From contig OX597818.1 in assembly GCA_951406725.2 (NCBI GenBank), forward strand, positions 83,700,001-83,764,000: a stretch of DNA of 64,000 nt, written 5' to 3'. The notes below the pieces were generated by a model. That model was not told where the DNA came from, made no database searches, and worked only from the letters and a program-made list of their open reading frames with translations. A program made the position numbers and the translations under genes. Source of the DNA: Octopus vulgaris. Taxonomy: Eukaryota. Positions 30,050 through 44,505 of this stretch are shown here, in pieces (positions within the stretch are counted from its first letter, which is position 1; every line of letters starts with the position of its first letter).

Positions 30050-30369
30050 CATACATACATATATATATACATATATATATACATGCATGTTTTTTCATAC
30101 ACCTGTCTTCGTTTTATGTTTTTCTGTAAATTTCATCCTATACATACATACATAAATACATACATACATACATACATACATACATACATACATACATACA
30201 TACATACACACATATATACATATATTTGGATACACATTAGCGATTAGCTGAATCATTCATAGATTTCCATTGAGTAGACATATATACTAATGGCGATCTA
30301 GTCCGGAAATTGATATGTTGTGCTGACCCGGCTGATGAGTGCATCAGTCTTAAAACCAAAACCGTCAAT

Positions 30370-30545
30370 TCTCCAGGGGTAACTCGATTCCAGCCACCCC
30401 AGTGTTCAATTGGTGCTTTTGCTCATCAACTCCCAAAGGACAAAATGCAAAAGCGACCTCGGAGGGATTTCAAGTCAGAAAGTAAAGACCGGCGAAATAC
30501 CGTTAATCCTTTTGGCCGGCGTGCTAACGATTATGTCACCTCGTC
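30370..30545 (-). mobile_element. SINE family M copy, decayed
   Basis: cgacctcggagggatttcaagtcagaaagtaaagaccggcgaaataccg...cggcgtgctaacgatt. Confidence 0.7.
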
Positions 30546-30952
30546 ATCTGAAAAGAACTTAATTATTAATACATCATGATACTTAAATTCTTGTTACAAT
30601 GCAATAAATATTTTCGAAATAAACTTGCATGTATATACAGAATCGATTAAATGCAGAAACGCATAAATTTTATGAATACAAGAAGTAGCAGTAAAAATAG
30701 CTAATACGAATCCGCAGATTATAAAAAGGACCCATAAATATGATCTTCGCTACAGTCTCTGTAAATAAAAGGGGAGATGTATAGTGAAACTGTACACGCT
30801 TCCGCGGTAAAAATGGTAAAAGCCAGCCATTATATATAGACCGGTTGCAGGTCGACAGAGAGGAGGTCAAAGAAAGTAATAGGTCGAGAGTACGTATAGA
30901 CTCTCTTGATAGTCGTGTTTGTGTTGATATAGTAATTATACTGTGATACTGA

Positions 30953-31186
30953 TTGTTCCTTCTCGAGCCATGTCTTGCTCATAAGGGCCGGTTTTCCGAT
31001 GCAGGAGGAAAGAGTGAGAGAAAGTTGTGGCGAAAGAGTTAGCAGAAGTTCGCCATAACCTTCTTCCGGATCCGCGTGAAGCTTAGGTGTTTTGCTCTTA
31101 AACACACACATCGCCCGGTCTGAGATTCGAACCCGCGATCTCTCGACCGCGAGTCCGCTTCTCTAACCACTAGGCCATGTGCCTCC
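30953..31186 (-). mobile_element. tRNA-derived SINE, family R, with perfect 15-bp TSD (internally deleted)
   Basis: Head GGAGGCACATGGCCTAGTGGTTAGAG...GGGTTCGAATCTC carries the A and B boxes. TSD ATACTGTGATACTGA at 30938-30952 and 31187-31201. Confidence 0.92.
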
Positions 31187-31351
31187 ATACTGTGATACTG
31201 AGTAGACGTTATAACAATAGAACCATTTGGGGATAATAACACTGTACGAATGGCGGTCGTACAGTGCCAGATAGAAATATTCTGTCGACGAATTCGGAAT
31301 ATAATAATCTGTCAGACAGACAACTATCGTCAAAAGACAGATACAGCAGTG

Positions 31352-31675
31352 GCAGACCGGGCGTTGTGCGTGTTTTTTGAGTGAAAACACCTAAAGTTCC
31401 ACGAGGCTCCGCCAGTGGGGGTGGTGACCCCTGTTGTACTCTTTCGCCCCAACTTTCTCTCACTCTTTCTTCCTCTTTCTCGTCCCCGACTTTCTACGCA
31501 TCCGCTGAGCCTGGATGCGCATTCATCCATCCGTCGATGCTCTCGGTGTCGGGGGTTGATTTACTTTCTCTTCTGCGGGTCTTACGAATAGCAAAGGAAC
31601 ACGTTTCGGACTCTCCACTCTTCCGAGCTCTTGGACGAAGACCGTTCGCTCAACAGCAACAGCAACAGCAGTGGC
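31352..31675 (+). mobile_element. SINE variant: family R body joined to a different structured 3' half and a (CAACAG)n tail
   Basis: Shares agaccgggcg..gtg..aacacctaa..tccacg.ggctccg...actctttcgcc.caactttctctcactcttt with family R, then diverges. Confidence 0.75.
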
Positions 31676-32099
31676 AAAAGACCGCTTTATAACAGTGGTA
31701 GGTCGAACAGTGATAAATAGAGTATCTTTAATCATAGGTTTCGTGAATCAAGACTGACCTGAAAAAATTATGCACTCAAACTCTAACTTCTGAAGGTGGA
31801 AAAACACATCAAGTAATGCTCTTAATGCAGAAACGGTAGCGATGCAGAGAATGCATTTAATCATATATCTACCTCGTCTGGTGGTACTATGTATTCTTGA
31901 TACCTGTTGATTAGTGATTTATCGTGACAGACGCAATCTACAAATCCGCGCGCGCGCGCACTCATGCACACAAACGCACAAATAGAAATTCTCCGAGGTC
32001 AACATCAATTTTCATCGTCTCAAGGTCCATAGCATAAGTACCAGTCAAGTACTGGAATCAAAGTAATGGATTAAACCCCCTGCCTTCAAATTTCATTTT

Positions 32100-33082
32100 A
32101 GATGCTCATCAACCAGTTCAAAACCACATTCACGCACAGCAGCCATCGAAACCAAGGGCCTGTATGCTGGAGCATTATTCTGATGAAACAAGACCCCTTT
32201 CGTTAATTTTTCTGGGCATTTTGTTTTCATAGCCTCAGCATTTTGGCGTAGTACTCTCTATTGATGGTGTGGTTGTTTTGAAGGTAACCCATAAACACAA
32301 GGTATTTTGCATCCCCAAAACTGAGGCCATCAACTTCTCTGCAAAATGAAACGACCTTATCCTTCATTTGAGCTTGTGAGGAGTAGATGCTTCCACTGCT
32401 TGGATAGAGTCTTTATTTTCGATTCAGAGAGATGAGCCCAACAGTCCTTATGGATTAAGAAACGTTCAAGTAAACTAGGTGGATCTGCACTAAACATTCT
32501 TAGATTTTGCCGTGATGTGATGAACCTGGAGTGCCTTTGATTATGTGTCAGAAGATGTGGCAATCACCGTGCAGAAACCATCGTCATGCCAATTTCATGA
32601 TGAAGAATATTCTCAACTCTTCCACGGGATATGCTTCTAGCACTGAATATTTGATTTGTAGTCAATAGCCTGTCATCCATCGCCGTGAGGAGAGCATGAT
32701 CAAGGCGTTCCACTGTGGTGGCACATGTAGGATATCGAGAACTTGAACCATCTTCGAAATTCTCCCTTCCACTCCTAAAATCAGCTGCATGCTTTTGCAC
32801 TGTTGATAAAGCCGGAGCAACATGACATCATGGATGTCCTTGAGGACAAAAGTCATTTTCTGTAGGCACTTGATAAAACCAGGATGCCAAATTTGGTCCG
32901 TTTTGAAGAGAAATCGCTACACGTTGCATATGAAATCTTCTTTAAACAGTCACAAGTCAGTTAAATTGGAAAGAAACAATGATGTTATTAAGAAGGAGGT
33001 TTGAAATTAATGCATGCAATATATCACAGCTTTAGCGTCACTCCCTCATAGTCAGCCTATGAATTTTTCCTGCCATCTTCGT
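32100..33082 (-). mobile_element. mariner (DD34D) transposon relic, internally deleted
   Basis: FRSGRENFED...ISRGRVENILHHEIGMTMVSAR*LPHLLT (WVPHLL motif) ... KLMASV..DAK...KGVLFHQNNAPAY. 5' TIR: TA-CGAAGATGGCAGGAAAAATTCATAGGCTGAC. Confidence 0.9.
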
Positions 33083-33467
33083 ATATATTCATATATATCG
33101 AAGCATCTAGGCTTGTGAGAATGAGTTCTACTTTCTTTATGCACCCGTTGTTTTAAAGTTGCATTTTAGATATCCTCTACTACTTTAGAAATTTCGTGAA
33201 GAAATTTCTAGAATAAATTTAAATTTTGTTCCATTTTATGTAATTAAATTTGCTTTTTCTTTTACAGCTGGAGTTACGAAACAGAGTTAATTGAGCAATT
33301 TTGTACCCACTTATTCTTTTTCTTGATACTGTTTATTTTACTTGCATTACTGAATGTCACTGCATTTGCATTTCTTCCAGGGGTACCTTGCATGTATGTT
33401 GTATGTATGTATGCATGTATGCATGTATGTATGCATGTATGTATGCATGTATGTATGTATGTATATG

Positions 33468-33519
<52 letters not shown>

Positions 33520-33590
33520 TATATACAAATATAAACATATATATAAATGTATATATATAAACGTGTGTCTGATTATGCGTACACACACAA

Positions 33591-33640
<50 letters not shown>

Positions 33641-34059
33641 TGATACCCACAAACACAAACACATATACAATATACATGCATACGTATACATTTATATAAG
33701 AGCATTTGAATGACTGTTTGTTTGTGCGCGCGCATGTGTGTACCTCCTTGCCTGCTAGCAAAGATCATATTCTTTCACTAAACGTGAACATTCAATTTCC
33801 TGCGAAATTAATTTCGTGAAATTAACTACCCAATTCTTCTTTGTGAGAGATATTAGGGTTTTATGTTGTTCTCTCTAACAGAAAAAAATATACTCAAGAA
33901 ATAGCTTCCATTTTCTCTAAGTATTCTTTTTTCTTTTCGTGCGTTATTCAACACATCGCCATTTCAAAGTGTGCGTGCGCTATGATGTGAGTCAGCATGA
34001 ATACATTGATATGAATGCATGTATGTGTTTAAGTATGTATGTATGTGTATGTATGTAAC

Positions 34060-34575
34060 TTTTACCTTTTACTTGTTTCAGTCATCAGTCAGGAGCAATG
34101 CTGCGGCATCGCCTTCACTTTTTATTCGAATGAATCGACCCCAGCACTTACCTCTAAAACGTTTTACTTATTCTATCGCTCTTTTGCCGAACCACCAAGT
34201 TACGAGAAAGCAAACAGAACAACACCGGTTGTCTAGCCGTAGTACCCCTACACAGACACATCGTTGGCAATTTTTTCCTCCGTCTTCCTTTCCTTGGATC
34301 TTTCCTTTTCATATGTTTCTGACGAAGAGCTCCGCTCGAACCATTAAATCCTCCTTCTTTCTTTCCTTTCCTGAGCGTCCAATAACACTCTATTTGTTCT
34401 ACGTTCTCACGTTGTTGTGTTTTCTCTTTGTGTTTTCATGTTTGGATTAACTTTATATATATATATACACGACGGGATTCTGTCAGTTTCTGTTAACCAA
34501 ATCCACTCGCAAGGCTTTAGTCGCTCAAGGTGCCAAGAAATGAGACTCCCCAGAAGCATGTAATTGGGAAGCGCC
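34060..34575 (-). mobile_element. SINE family C interrupted in its central microsatellite by a pLTR-like repeat
   Basis: The 3' half (34060-34250) and 5' half (34468-34575) flank the insert at 34262-34452. Confidence 0.7.
34262..34452 (+). mobile_element. solo Penelope pLTR-like repeat with hammerhead motif (34315-34349)
   Basis: GUUU-CUGACGA-A-GAGC(UCC)GCUC-GAAcCaUU-AAAU; homologous to 49525-49725; its 3' end abuts (TA)n. Confidence 0.75.
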
Positions 34576-35460
34576 TATATACGAATGAATGTACTATTTA
34601 TTAAAGCAAATATAAACCTTTTCAAACTGCTACTCAGAGTTTCATGTTACTGTTCATCGGAAAGCTGCAATGAAGCGAATATAATTCAAATATCCGACGA
34701 ATGGTAACGTGGAACTTAATGAAACAATTTTTGAAGATTTCTTTTGGCTTTAAGAAACAGCACACTACTCTTTGTATAGTACACGAATACTTTGGTATTC
34801 CTGTACTATATTTCTCACTTTGTTTCGCATTTATATTATTATATGAATATATATGTGTGTAAGTGTGTGTGTGTGTGTGTGTGTGCGTGTATAAAAGGGT
34901 TGAATTAGATTCGTCCTTTAATTTGGAGGTTTCCAAAAAAAGATTTCTAATATAGACTCTTCATATTTTGCTGGTAAGCTTACTGGCGTAAGATTGCGAG
35001 TAAGAAAACAATACTTGTATATGTTGCGTTGTGAATTTATGGAAAGAAATCCCATAAAACTCAACAATTTTGATTAAAATGAAGATGAGGTGTTAAAATA
35101 AGAGAATTTTATATTCATGTAGACGATCGTTTCGTACAGCGACATAAAAATCATGCAAATTCGTGGTTTAATAGAATTAATTAAATTAATTAGATTAGAT
35201 AATTATCTATATATCACGGAACTGCTCAGTGCAAAAAGTATAAATAATTTTTATTTTACAAAGGAAAAAGCAAAATAGAATGTAGGAAATTCATATTTAT
35301 CCTTATGAGAAAAAAAGATTTGTGTGAGTCCAGTTAGGTATTAACTTAAACTAAACGCTATAACGGATATTTGAAAATATGAGAGAGCTTTTTAGAGAAG
35401 CTCTCTCAATAGATGAGGAAGGAGATTTGAATTCATATATATCACATATCATATATATAG

Positions 35461-35521
<61 letters not shown>

Positions 35522-35525
<4 letters not shown>

Positions 35526-35815
35526 TTCACTTCACTTTGACCGACCAGTCCGTCAGGCGTCCATTTGATACCGCTGGTCACAGCACGCTGTTCACTCCTC
35601 TCTGGATCGCACCTTTCTCATCCACATGATCCCAATCGCCCTCCTGAAATCGTAACTCCACCGTCGTGGAGGTCTTCCGAGTGGTCTTTTCCGCTCCCGC
35701 GGGTACCACTCGGCAACTGCGTGCGTCCACCGATTATCGGTGAACCGGGCGACGTGTCCAGCCCATCTATAAATAAGTCCGGCGTGAGAGATGTCATCGC
35801 AGAGTATACACGCAG
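35522..35815 (-). mobile_element. RTE-clade LINE 3' end inside (TA)n
   Basis: RWAGHVARFTDNRWTHAVAEWYPRERKRPLGRPPRRW is the classic RTE C-terminus; followed by a short UTR and an (AGTGA)n tail. Confidence 0.92.
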
Positions 35816-35818
35816 CAA

Positions 35819-35870
<52 letters not shown>

Positions 35871-35908
35871 CATCTATTCCCCACATCGTTTGGCAACCTT
35901 TGAACCTC

Positions 35909-35945
<37 letters not shown>

Positions 35946-36204
35946 GTCAATCAAAGAAAAGGAAGGTGGAAGATGCGAGAATTTTCATTAATTACCACAA
36001 TTGGTTCGTCCCATCTAGCATCCATCCCTTACGGGTGGGATACTTAACACCTGGTTTAGGAGTATCCATAAGTGTAGTTGTGTCCCTCCGGGAGATAATT
36101 GGTTGCAACTCGATAAAATAATGACAGTTTCGCATGGTATCTTCTCAGTTCGTGTAAAGAAAAACAGTAAATGATTTGTACACACACACGAACACATACG
36201 CACA

Positions 36205-36341
36205 TGCGGTTCGGCAAAAGAGACCGATATAATAAGTACTGGGCTTACAAAGAATAAGTCCCAGGGTCGATTTGCTCGACTAAAGGTGGTGCTCCAGCAT
36301 GGCCGCAGTCAAATGACTGAAACAAGTAAAAGAGTAAAAGA

Positions 36342-36342
<1 letters not shown>
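36205..36342 (+). mobile_element. SINE family C 3' end, little diverged
   Basis: gcggttcggcaaaagagaccga...ggtgctccagcatggccgcagtcaaatgactgaaacaagtaaaagagtaaaagag. Confidence 0.9.
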
Positions 36343-36385
<43 letters not shown>

Positions 36386-37391
36386 GTATATCTATCTATC
36401 TTTATATATCTATCTATCTTTATATATATATATATGTACATACACAAACATATATAATCCTTTCCCCATGAAATTGTCAAAATTTGAAAAACAAAGGCGA
36501 TTAACTAGTAGTATCACGAGAGCGTCCATGAGAATACTTAGCGCCACTTCTTCCTGTTCTTCACGATCTTACTTCAAATTCTGCCGAGATCGAGTATACA
36601 TATCATCCTGACATATCATCCTGATCGATGAAATAAAGTACTGGATTCGATATAATTCACTAGCCCTTCGCCCAATAGAAGCTTTCTTTCCTATATTCGG
36701 AACTACTGATTTTGCTATATTCATTTATAATATCTTGAATGGATAGGAATCTAGAATGGATAGGTAAATCAATTTCATAGAATAAATTCTCCGTTTTCAA
36801 ACCAAATGAAACTTTTACGCGAAAATTCTTGTAAATTGTTGACGTAAGGGCGAAGTATTAGCTTTACCATCTCGGATATTTATTTCTCAAACCCTTCCGA
36901 TATGTTATTAGATGTGTAGAAAGATATCTTCGTCGCCAAAAGCGTCAGTTCACAATTGTCAAAGAAATATCATTTCCAGTTTATTACATTTATCAAGCCA
37001 CACCACCGTTTACCATTGAAGAGATTTAAATTTGCATTTAAATTTACAGAATATATCCTTAACACATTGCTACAGTATTGTACTCCAGTGAATTATATTT
37101 ATTTACTACTATATTATTTTCTTATTACATTTTATATGTTTAAGCAATCAATCAACTGTTTTTCTTGTTTTGTATATTTAGATGATTAATCTGTGTAAGA
37201 AAATTTTTCTTTCTTTTTTTTTTTGTCTTAGTTTAGTAAGTGTTATTCATTATTTGCTTCTATCAAAGGTAATGATTACTATTCCCTTCAAATTTTAGCT
37301 TTGTGAACTGGACCTTAATGTTTTGAAACTGACCTGTTTTCCATTATATTTCAGACAGATTCTGCGCTGAGTTACTGAAGCAGAAATATTA

Positions 37392-37558
37392 TAGCAAACA
37401 TTCTGCTCAATACCACATATTTGTTTGTCAGTTGCTTGACCTTAATCATTTGAGCATGTCCTTTAGTAGCTGACGATGTGTACATATCTGATCACGAACA
37501 GGAGTAGTGGGGGAGCATTATAGCCATAAGTTGAGAGGGGATCTTTGGCGTTTGAACA
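37392..37558 (+). mobile_element. diverged fragment of the ~500-bp element (opposite orientation to 8463)
   Basis: gcaaacattctgctcaataccaca...tgaccttaa...gagcatgtcc..tagt.gctgacga...gtagtgggggagcat is the reverse complement of 8755-8915. Confidence 0.8.
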
Positions 37559-38108
37559 AATGTAACAAACGCCAAGTCTGAAGGAAGTATTAGTCATTTT
37601 TCATACGTTCTAGGGATAAGCGAAAAGGAAATAACAGTAGCTAGGCACGGACAAAAATACTATCATCACACGACGTCATTATTGATCTCTCCCTTTAATT
37701 TTACCTGTCACCATGAAGTTTGTTTTATCCAAAATTATACAACAATCGTCCTCACTTATATATTTGAAATTCTTCTTTCTGTGTCTTTCTCCCTCTAAAT
37801 ATTACTTTTCCTCCATGTCTGTCAACTATTTTAATTTCATGTGCTTCATGATCTTTTCACTTTTGTTTTTCATTGTCTCTGTCCCTATATCTGTATACGT
37901 CGCTGTCTTTTACCTTAATAATATACGCCTCATTGGTTTATTTTCCCATCAATTCGATCCACGATGTGTTTATCTAAATACTTTGTCAACCATTAAACAT
38001 TTAATGTTTCATTTTAAATATCAGAATCTTACTGTTTCGAAAGCCATGACTTTACTAAGAATTTAATATGTATATATGTATGTATATATATATATAAATA
38101 TATGAATG

Positions 38109-38195
<87 letters not shown>

Positions 38196-38420
38196 TAGGC
38201 ATATATACTTATATGTATAAACCGTTATGGTTTGAGCGTAGATGTGGAGAATACACAGTGGCATAGAAGCGGATACGCAACCATTTATCTACATATAAAT
38301 ACATCCACATGCGTGCACACATGATTATGCAAACATACACTGACAAAAATACATATATATGTGTAAATATATACATGTATATGTATGTACATATATTCAC
38401 ACATCTATGTATATCTCTGC

Positions 38421-38490
<70 letters not shown>

Positions 38491-38978
38491 CATATCATAT
38501 AATCATCTCCTTACCATCATTAAATATATAGTATTTTTCCTATATCGCTTCAATTGCTGATGGAACATATGATTGCTCTGTCTCTTCTGGCGCTACAATA
38601 ATCTGATGGTGTATTACAACATATATAGAATATATATGTAGTCTGTATGTGTGTGTGTGTGTATGTGTGTGTATATATATACATTACTCACATATACAAT
38701 ATATGCAGAGTTAAGCAGCATGAAACATAAGGCACATTCTCATATGTATAAATGTATGCTACATATACGCGTATACAGACACAAACACATGTAAGCAATA
38801 TTACAAGTTATAAAAATGCAACAATCTTTATGCGTGTATGTATTTGTGTCAAAGCGCCTGTGTGTATGAGAGTGTGACCGCATATATTTATCTAAAGTCT
38901 TTTGTTTTTCATATGTAAACATTTATGTATATATATATATATATATATATGTTTGTATATAATAATTACACGCATATG

Positions 38979-40197
<1,219 letters not shown>

Positions 40198-40326
40198 TGT
40201 GTACATATATATATATATAAACATTCACACACGCACACACACACACAAACACACGCACACGCACACGCACACACGCATAGACACACGCATAGACACACAT
40301 ATTTAAAGATGGTAAATGTGTACAGT

Positions 40327-40633
40327 GGAGGCACATGTCCTTGTGGCTAGAGCAGCGGATGTGGTCAAGGTATCGTGGGTTCGATTCACAGACTGGGCGA
40401 TGTGTGTGTTTATGAGTTAAACACCTAAGCTCCACGCGGCTCCGGCAGAAGGTAATGGCGAATTTCTGCTAACTCTTTCGCTACAACTTTCTCTCACTCT
40501 TTGCTCCTGCATAATGTAGCTCACCTGCGACGGACGGACCGGCGTCCCGTCCAGGTGGCGAACCTATATGCCAAGGAAACTGGAATCTGGCCCTTATGAG
40601 CCAGGCGTGACTCGAGATGGAATAAACAACAAC
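40327..40633 (+). mobile_element. SINE family R, full length, (AAC)n tail
   Basis: tRNA-like head with GGGTTCGATTC; approximate 13-bp TSD aaatgtgtacagt / aaatgcgtacagc. Confidence 0.9.
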
Positions 40634-41302
40634 AAATGCGTACAGCCGAAACAATGAGAGAAGGTGCAAAGTAAACTACAAAATGAAAAGAAAACAGTTT
40701 TATTTTGTATTACTGTATTTTGTATTACGAAACCGCCTTCTTCAGGATATTCGGAAACGTCGTGGTTGGAAACTTTGCTACTCAGACGTGTGCGTATCAA
40801 CTGTACTTAAATAACTTCTCGTTAGCAAATAGTCTAAATACTTTAATAGTGAAGTTTCTTACTATTTCGGTAATGAAGATCCAAGTGTGTATAAATATGT
40901 AGAAAATTCAAGTCTTTTTTTTTAAAGGTATATTCTGTTGTTTACACTATCGGGTTTTGTTAACCTGTATTCTTCTATCTCTATTTCCCTCTGGCATCCA
41001 GCATTCGTCGCTGTGTCACGAAACTCCGTTCTGTAGAAAACAATTTTATGCACACGAACTTTTTCTCTGAAACCCACACGCGCGCATACATACATACATA
41101 TATATATATATATGCATGAATTAATACATACATATATTCATACATATATACAGACATAAATTTATATATATGTGTGTGTCTGTATGTATGTATATATTTG
41201 TATATTGATATATACCTGTATATATGCATCTATATATATGTGAATATATATATGCCTGAATGTATGTGTATATATATACTTGTATGTATGCATGTATATA
41301 TG

Positions 41303-41350
<48 letters not shown>

Positions 41351-41378
41351 CATACATGCACCTATATATATATACCGG

Positions 41379-41409
<31 letters not shown>

Positions 41410-41608
41410 TATAAACACATACACACCTATATATATATTTATGCCTGTGCGCATGTATATATGTATGCCTGTAGGTTTGTATGTATATTTTCTTTTCTCT
41501 TTTATGTGTATGTATATACATACACTACATACATACACACACACATACATGTATTTATATATCGTAAATGAAAGACGGAAGATGGAATATACGAGAATTT
41601 ATTATTAA

Positions 41609-42135
41609 TCACGACAATTGTTCAGCGACTTGCAACCAAGAGAGTACCCTCCATCAGGCATTTGCCATATTCTGAACGCCTTACTTCCCCGGGCATGGAT
41701 ACATTGAAACTCCGACGTCTGGCAGCTGACTTGGCAGACACCCATAACATTATTAACCATCTTACTAACAATAACTGTGAGCACCTTTTCAAACTCCACC
41801 TGTCTAACACCGGTGGACATGTTTACAAAGTCAGAAAACAGTACAGCTACCATGACTTTCGGAAACATTTTTCACGCTAATATTTGCTGAAGTATGGAAC
41901 AAACTGCCGGCATCAGTTGTTAGTTGTCGGAGCATACTTCAAAACTTCCATGCTTCCTGAGATTCGCCAACACTATACCTGATTTTCTCCCCTCCATACA
42001 CACGCAAGCATGTATCTGACTCAAACACTGTTCATTTCCCAAACATTTGTACATTACTGCATATGCTTTTTACACACTTTTGACAAGTTGTGCATCTGAG
42101 CACTGTATACAATAATTACATGATTATTATTATTA
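41609..42135 (+). mobile_element. CR1-clade LINE 3' fragment with (ATT)n tail
   Basis: ATKRVPSIRHLPYSERLTSPGMDTLKLRRLAADL...NTGGHVYKVRKQ...FRKHF...VWNKLPASVVS. Confidence 0.9.
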
Positions 42136-42225
42136 TATTGTTTTGGCACATCTAGCATCAAACCCTCATGAGTGGGACCCTTACCAACTGGTGAAGGAGC
42201 CATCGGCGGTGCAGATGTGTGTGTC

Positions 42226-42274
<49 letters not shown>

Positions 42275-42662
42275 CATGTCATGATGGTTGGATACATGTT
42301 CGTTTATATTTCTCCAAGTATCTTTCTCCGTTCTTGTCTTTCCATCACTCCATCACACCATCAGAAAAAGTGTGCATACTCTTCTTAAAGGTATTGCTTT
42401 ATTTCCCACTTCCTGAGTGTGAAGCTAAGTACTTAAACACCATCACTGTATATTACAGGCTAGCTCATTCAATTTTGCATTAAATCCGCGGAAGGGTCAC
42501 AAATGACAGAAGGATTGCAAGCTTAGAGGTGAGGTAAGTCGACTACATCGGCATGCTAACGATTCTGCCTGCTTGCCGCCTATCTATACACATACGTTAA
42601 TCTTATATTGGTAAACTATTTACTATAGAACTGCTTCCATTCCATAGTTCAAATACAAATAT

Positions 42663-42704
<42 letters not shown>

Positions 42705-44289
42705 ATACAAACACAAATACACATCTGTATGTATGTAACTATGTATGGCTGCATCTATGTATGTGTGTATTTATGTATGTATGTGTATTATGTGTTATAT
42801 ATGCATAGATTTGCATACGCCAGTGTGGTAGTTTGCTTGGCCAACCAAACAGAAGTATAATTTATTATACTGTATTACAATTAAACCCACTCTATTACTC
42901 ATTTGGAGTGTACCTTGTGTTTTGCCATCCGTGTATATGACTATATGTGTATATGCTTGTGTGTTTGTGTGTTTGTGTGTTTGTATGTATGTATATGCCT
43001 ATGTGTCTTTATGTTTTTTACGAGACCACTATGGCACCTAAAACAATTAGAGAAAACATGGTTATTTAGTCATCCTTGCTTTCAATTGAAAAATGCATGT
43101 ATGCATGTGTGTGCGAATATTTAAGCGGGTTGCTTACGCATGTGTGTGTCTGAGAGAGAGGCGGAGGCGAGAGAGAGACAGAGGGAAACAGAAGGAGGAA
43201 GGATGTGAGTGAATGTATGTGTGCCTGTATAACTGTATTTATGTGTTTTTGCTCCAAGAATATATTTCATTGCCAAAATAAATTTGCATTTACTAGAAAT
43301 AATTAGCCTTTGGTATTGTGTCTTTCAACATATTTCCTAGCGCTGTGAATAAATTTACTTTCCATTTGGGAAAATAAAACTCTTCTTTATTTGTAGTTTT
43401 AGATATAATTTGGAGTCAGGATTTCTAGGTGAATGTCTAACTAGACAACAAAATATTGTTCTTTAAAGTATTATCTTTCGACGTAAGAGATATTTCATTT
43501 GTATTATTATTCGGTCCACATTAGCAGAATTGCGAGCAATCAGAAAACTACAAAACTGCAAATAATTGACGCTAAAATAATACAGCAACTGGAAGCAAAT
43601 GTTTCCCTGTTGAATTGGTTGTGTAATTTAATTTATCAGCAGAAAAAATCAAAACGAAACAAAAGAAAAAGATAACGACGATTCCTGAAAATAATTGCTT
43701 AAAGAATTAGAAGCAACGCGTTATTGAAGTTGCCTATGATTAATTGCAATTTGATCTGTTAAGTTGAAGGCAATCTGCGAGCGATTAGTGTCTCATTACT
43801 GGAGAGACAGGCTTTAATTAACGGAATCAGTCAATATTGATTGCAGTCCGTGGTAAAAACAATTGTCAAGGGAAAACACTCATGGCTTTTATTATAAAAT
43901 ACTTCTTCGGCATGTTCCTAACAATCGTTGAAAAACTATAATGACGGCTTTCGAGATATTACTAATGTTACAAGTGGAAAAGAGTTGCCATGAAAAAGTA
44001 GAACTCATTTATGGCGGTCGTAAGACTGGTGACGCTTACTATGTCGTTTGCAGATTTAGCTGTTGCTTTTATTATATTTAATCAGCGTATTTTTCTTTCT
44101 ATTAATTAAGGACGAACTGGAACAGTTAGTCAGTCCTACGATAAAATCTGTTTATATCGTGAGTGTATAATCTATTATTCTTAGACATATCGTCTCGATG
44201 ATTTCACTGTTTGGTAAAATGTTACTGGCATTCGATTTGGTCGACATATCTCAGGGGTCGAGCGACCGTATTCTGTAGAGACGTCTAGT

Positions 44290-44505
44290 AGTTTGGCTTT
44301 TTGAGCTCAGGATCGCAAGATTGTGGTTTCGTTTCCCGGACCGATCATCGTGTTGCGTTCATAAGCAAAACACTAAAGATCACAAAATTGTAAATAGATA
44401 ACTCTACGATGGACAGACGACCCGTTCAGGGGAAATGTGATCTTCGCTAGTTATATACTATGGAAATCGGTTAATCGGCCTGTGATTTCTAGGACTCGAG
44501 ACAAT
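44290..44505 (+). mobile_element. decayed tRNA SINE (family V: different head/core, family-R-like tail)
   Basis: gatcgcaagattgtggtttcgtttcccggacc...gtgttgcgttcataagcaaaacac...ggaaatcgg...ggactcgaga; homologous to 54281-54506. Confidence 0.55.

Noticed and set aside
30325-30372. CTGATGAG...CAAAACCGTC as a hammerhead
   Set aside because: GAAA is absent and neither stem I nor stem II pairs.
31117-31186. Functional tRNA gene
   Set aside because: It has A/B boxes but no acceptor-stem closure; it is the head of a SINE with a TSD (likewise at 40327 and 59954).
35380-35408. 11-bp perfect hairpin TGAGAGAGCTT/AAGCTCTCTCA, and a 14-bp inverted repeat at ~28618/28747
   Set aside because: Short, partly low-complexity and without supporting context.
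36118-36155. Minus-strand CTGAGAAG...CGAAACTGTC as a hammerhead
   Set aside because: The core is one base short and stem I does not pair.
40690-40752. Minus-strand CTGAAGAAGGCGG with a possible stem II
   Set aside because: No GAAA follows the stem on the same strand.
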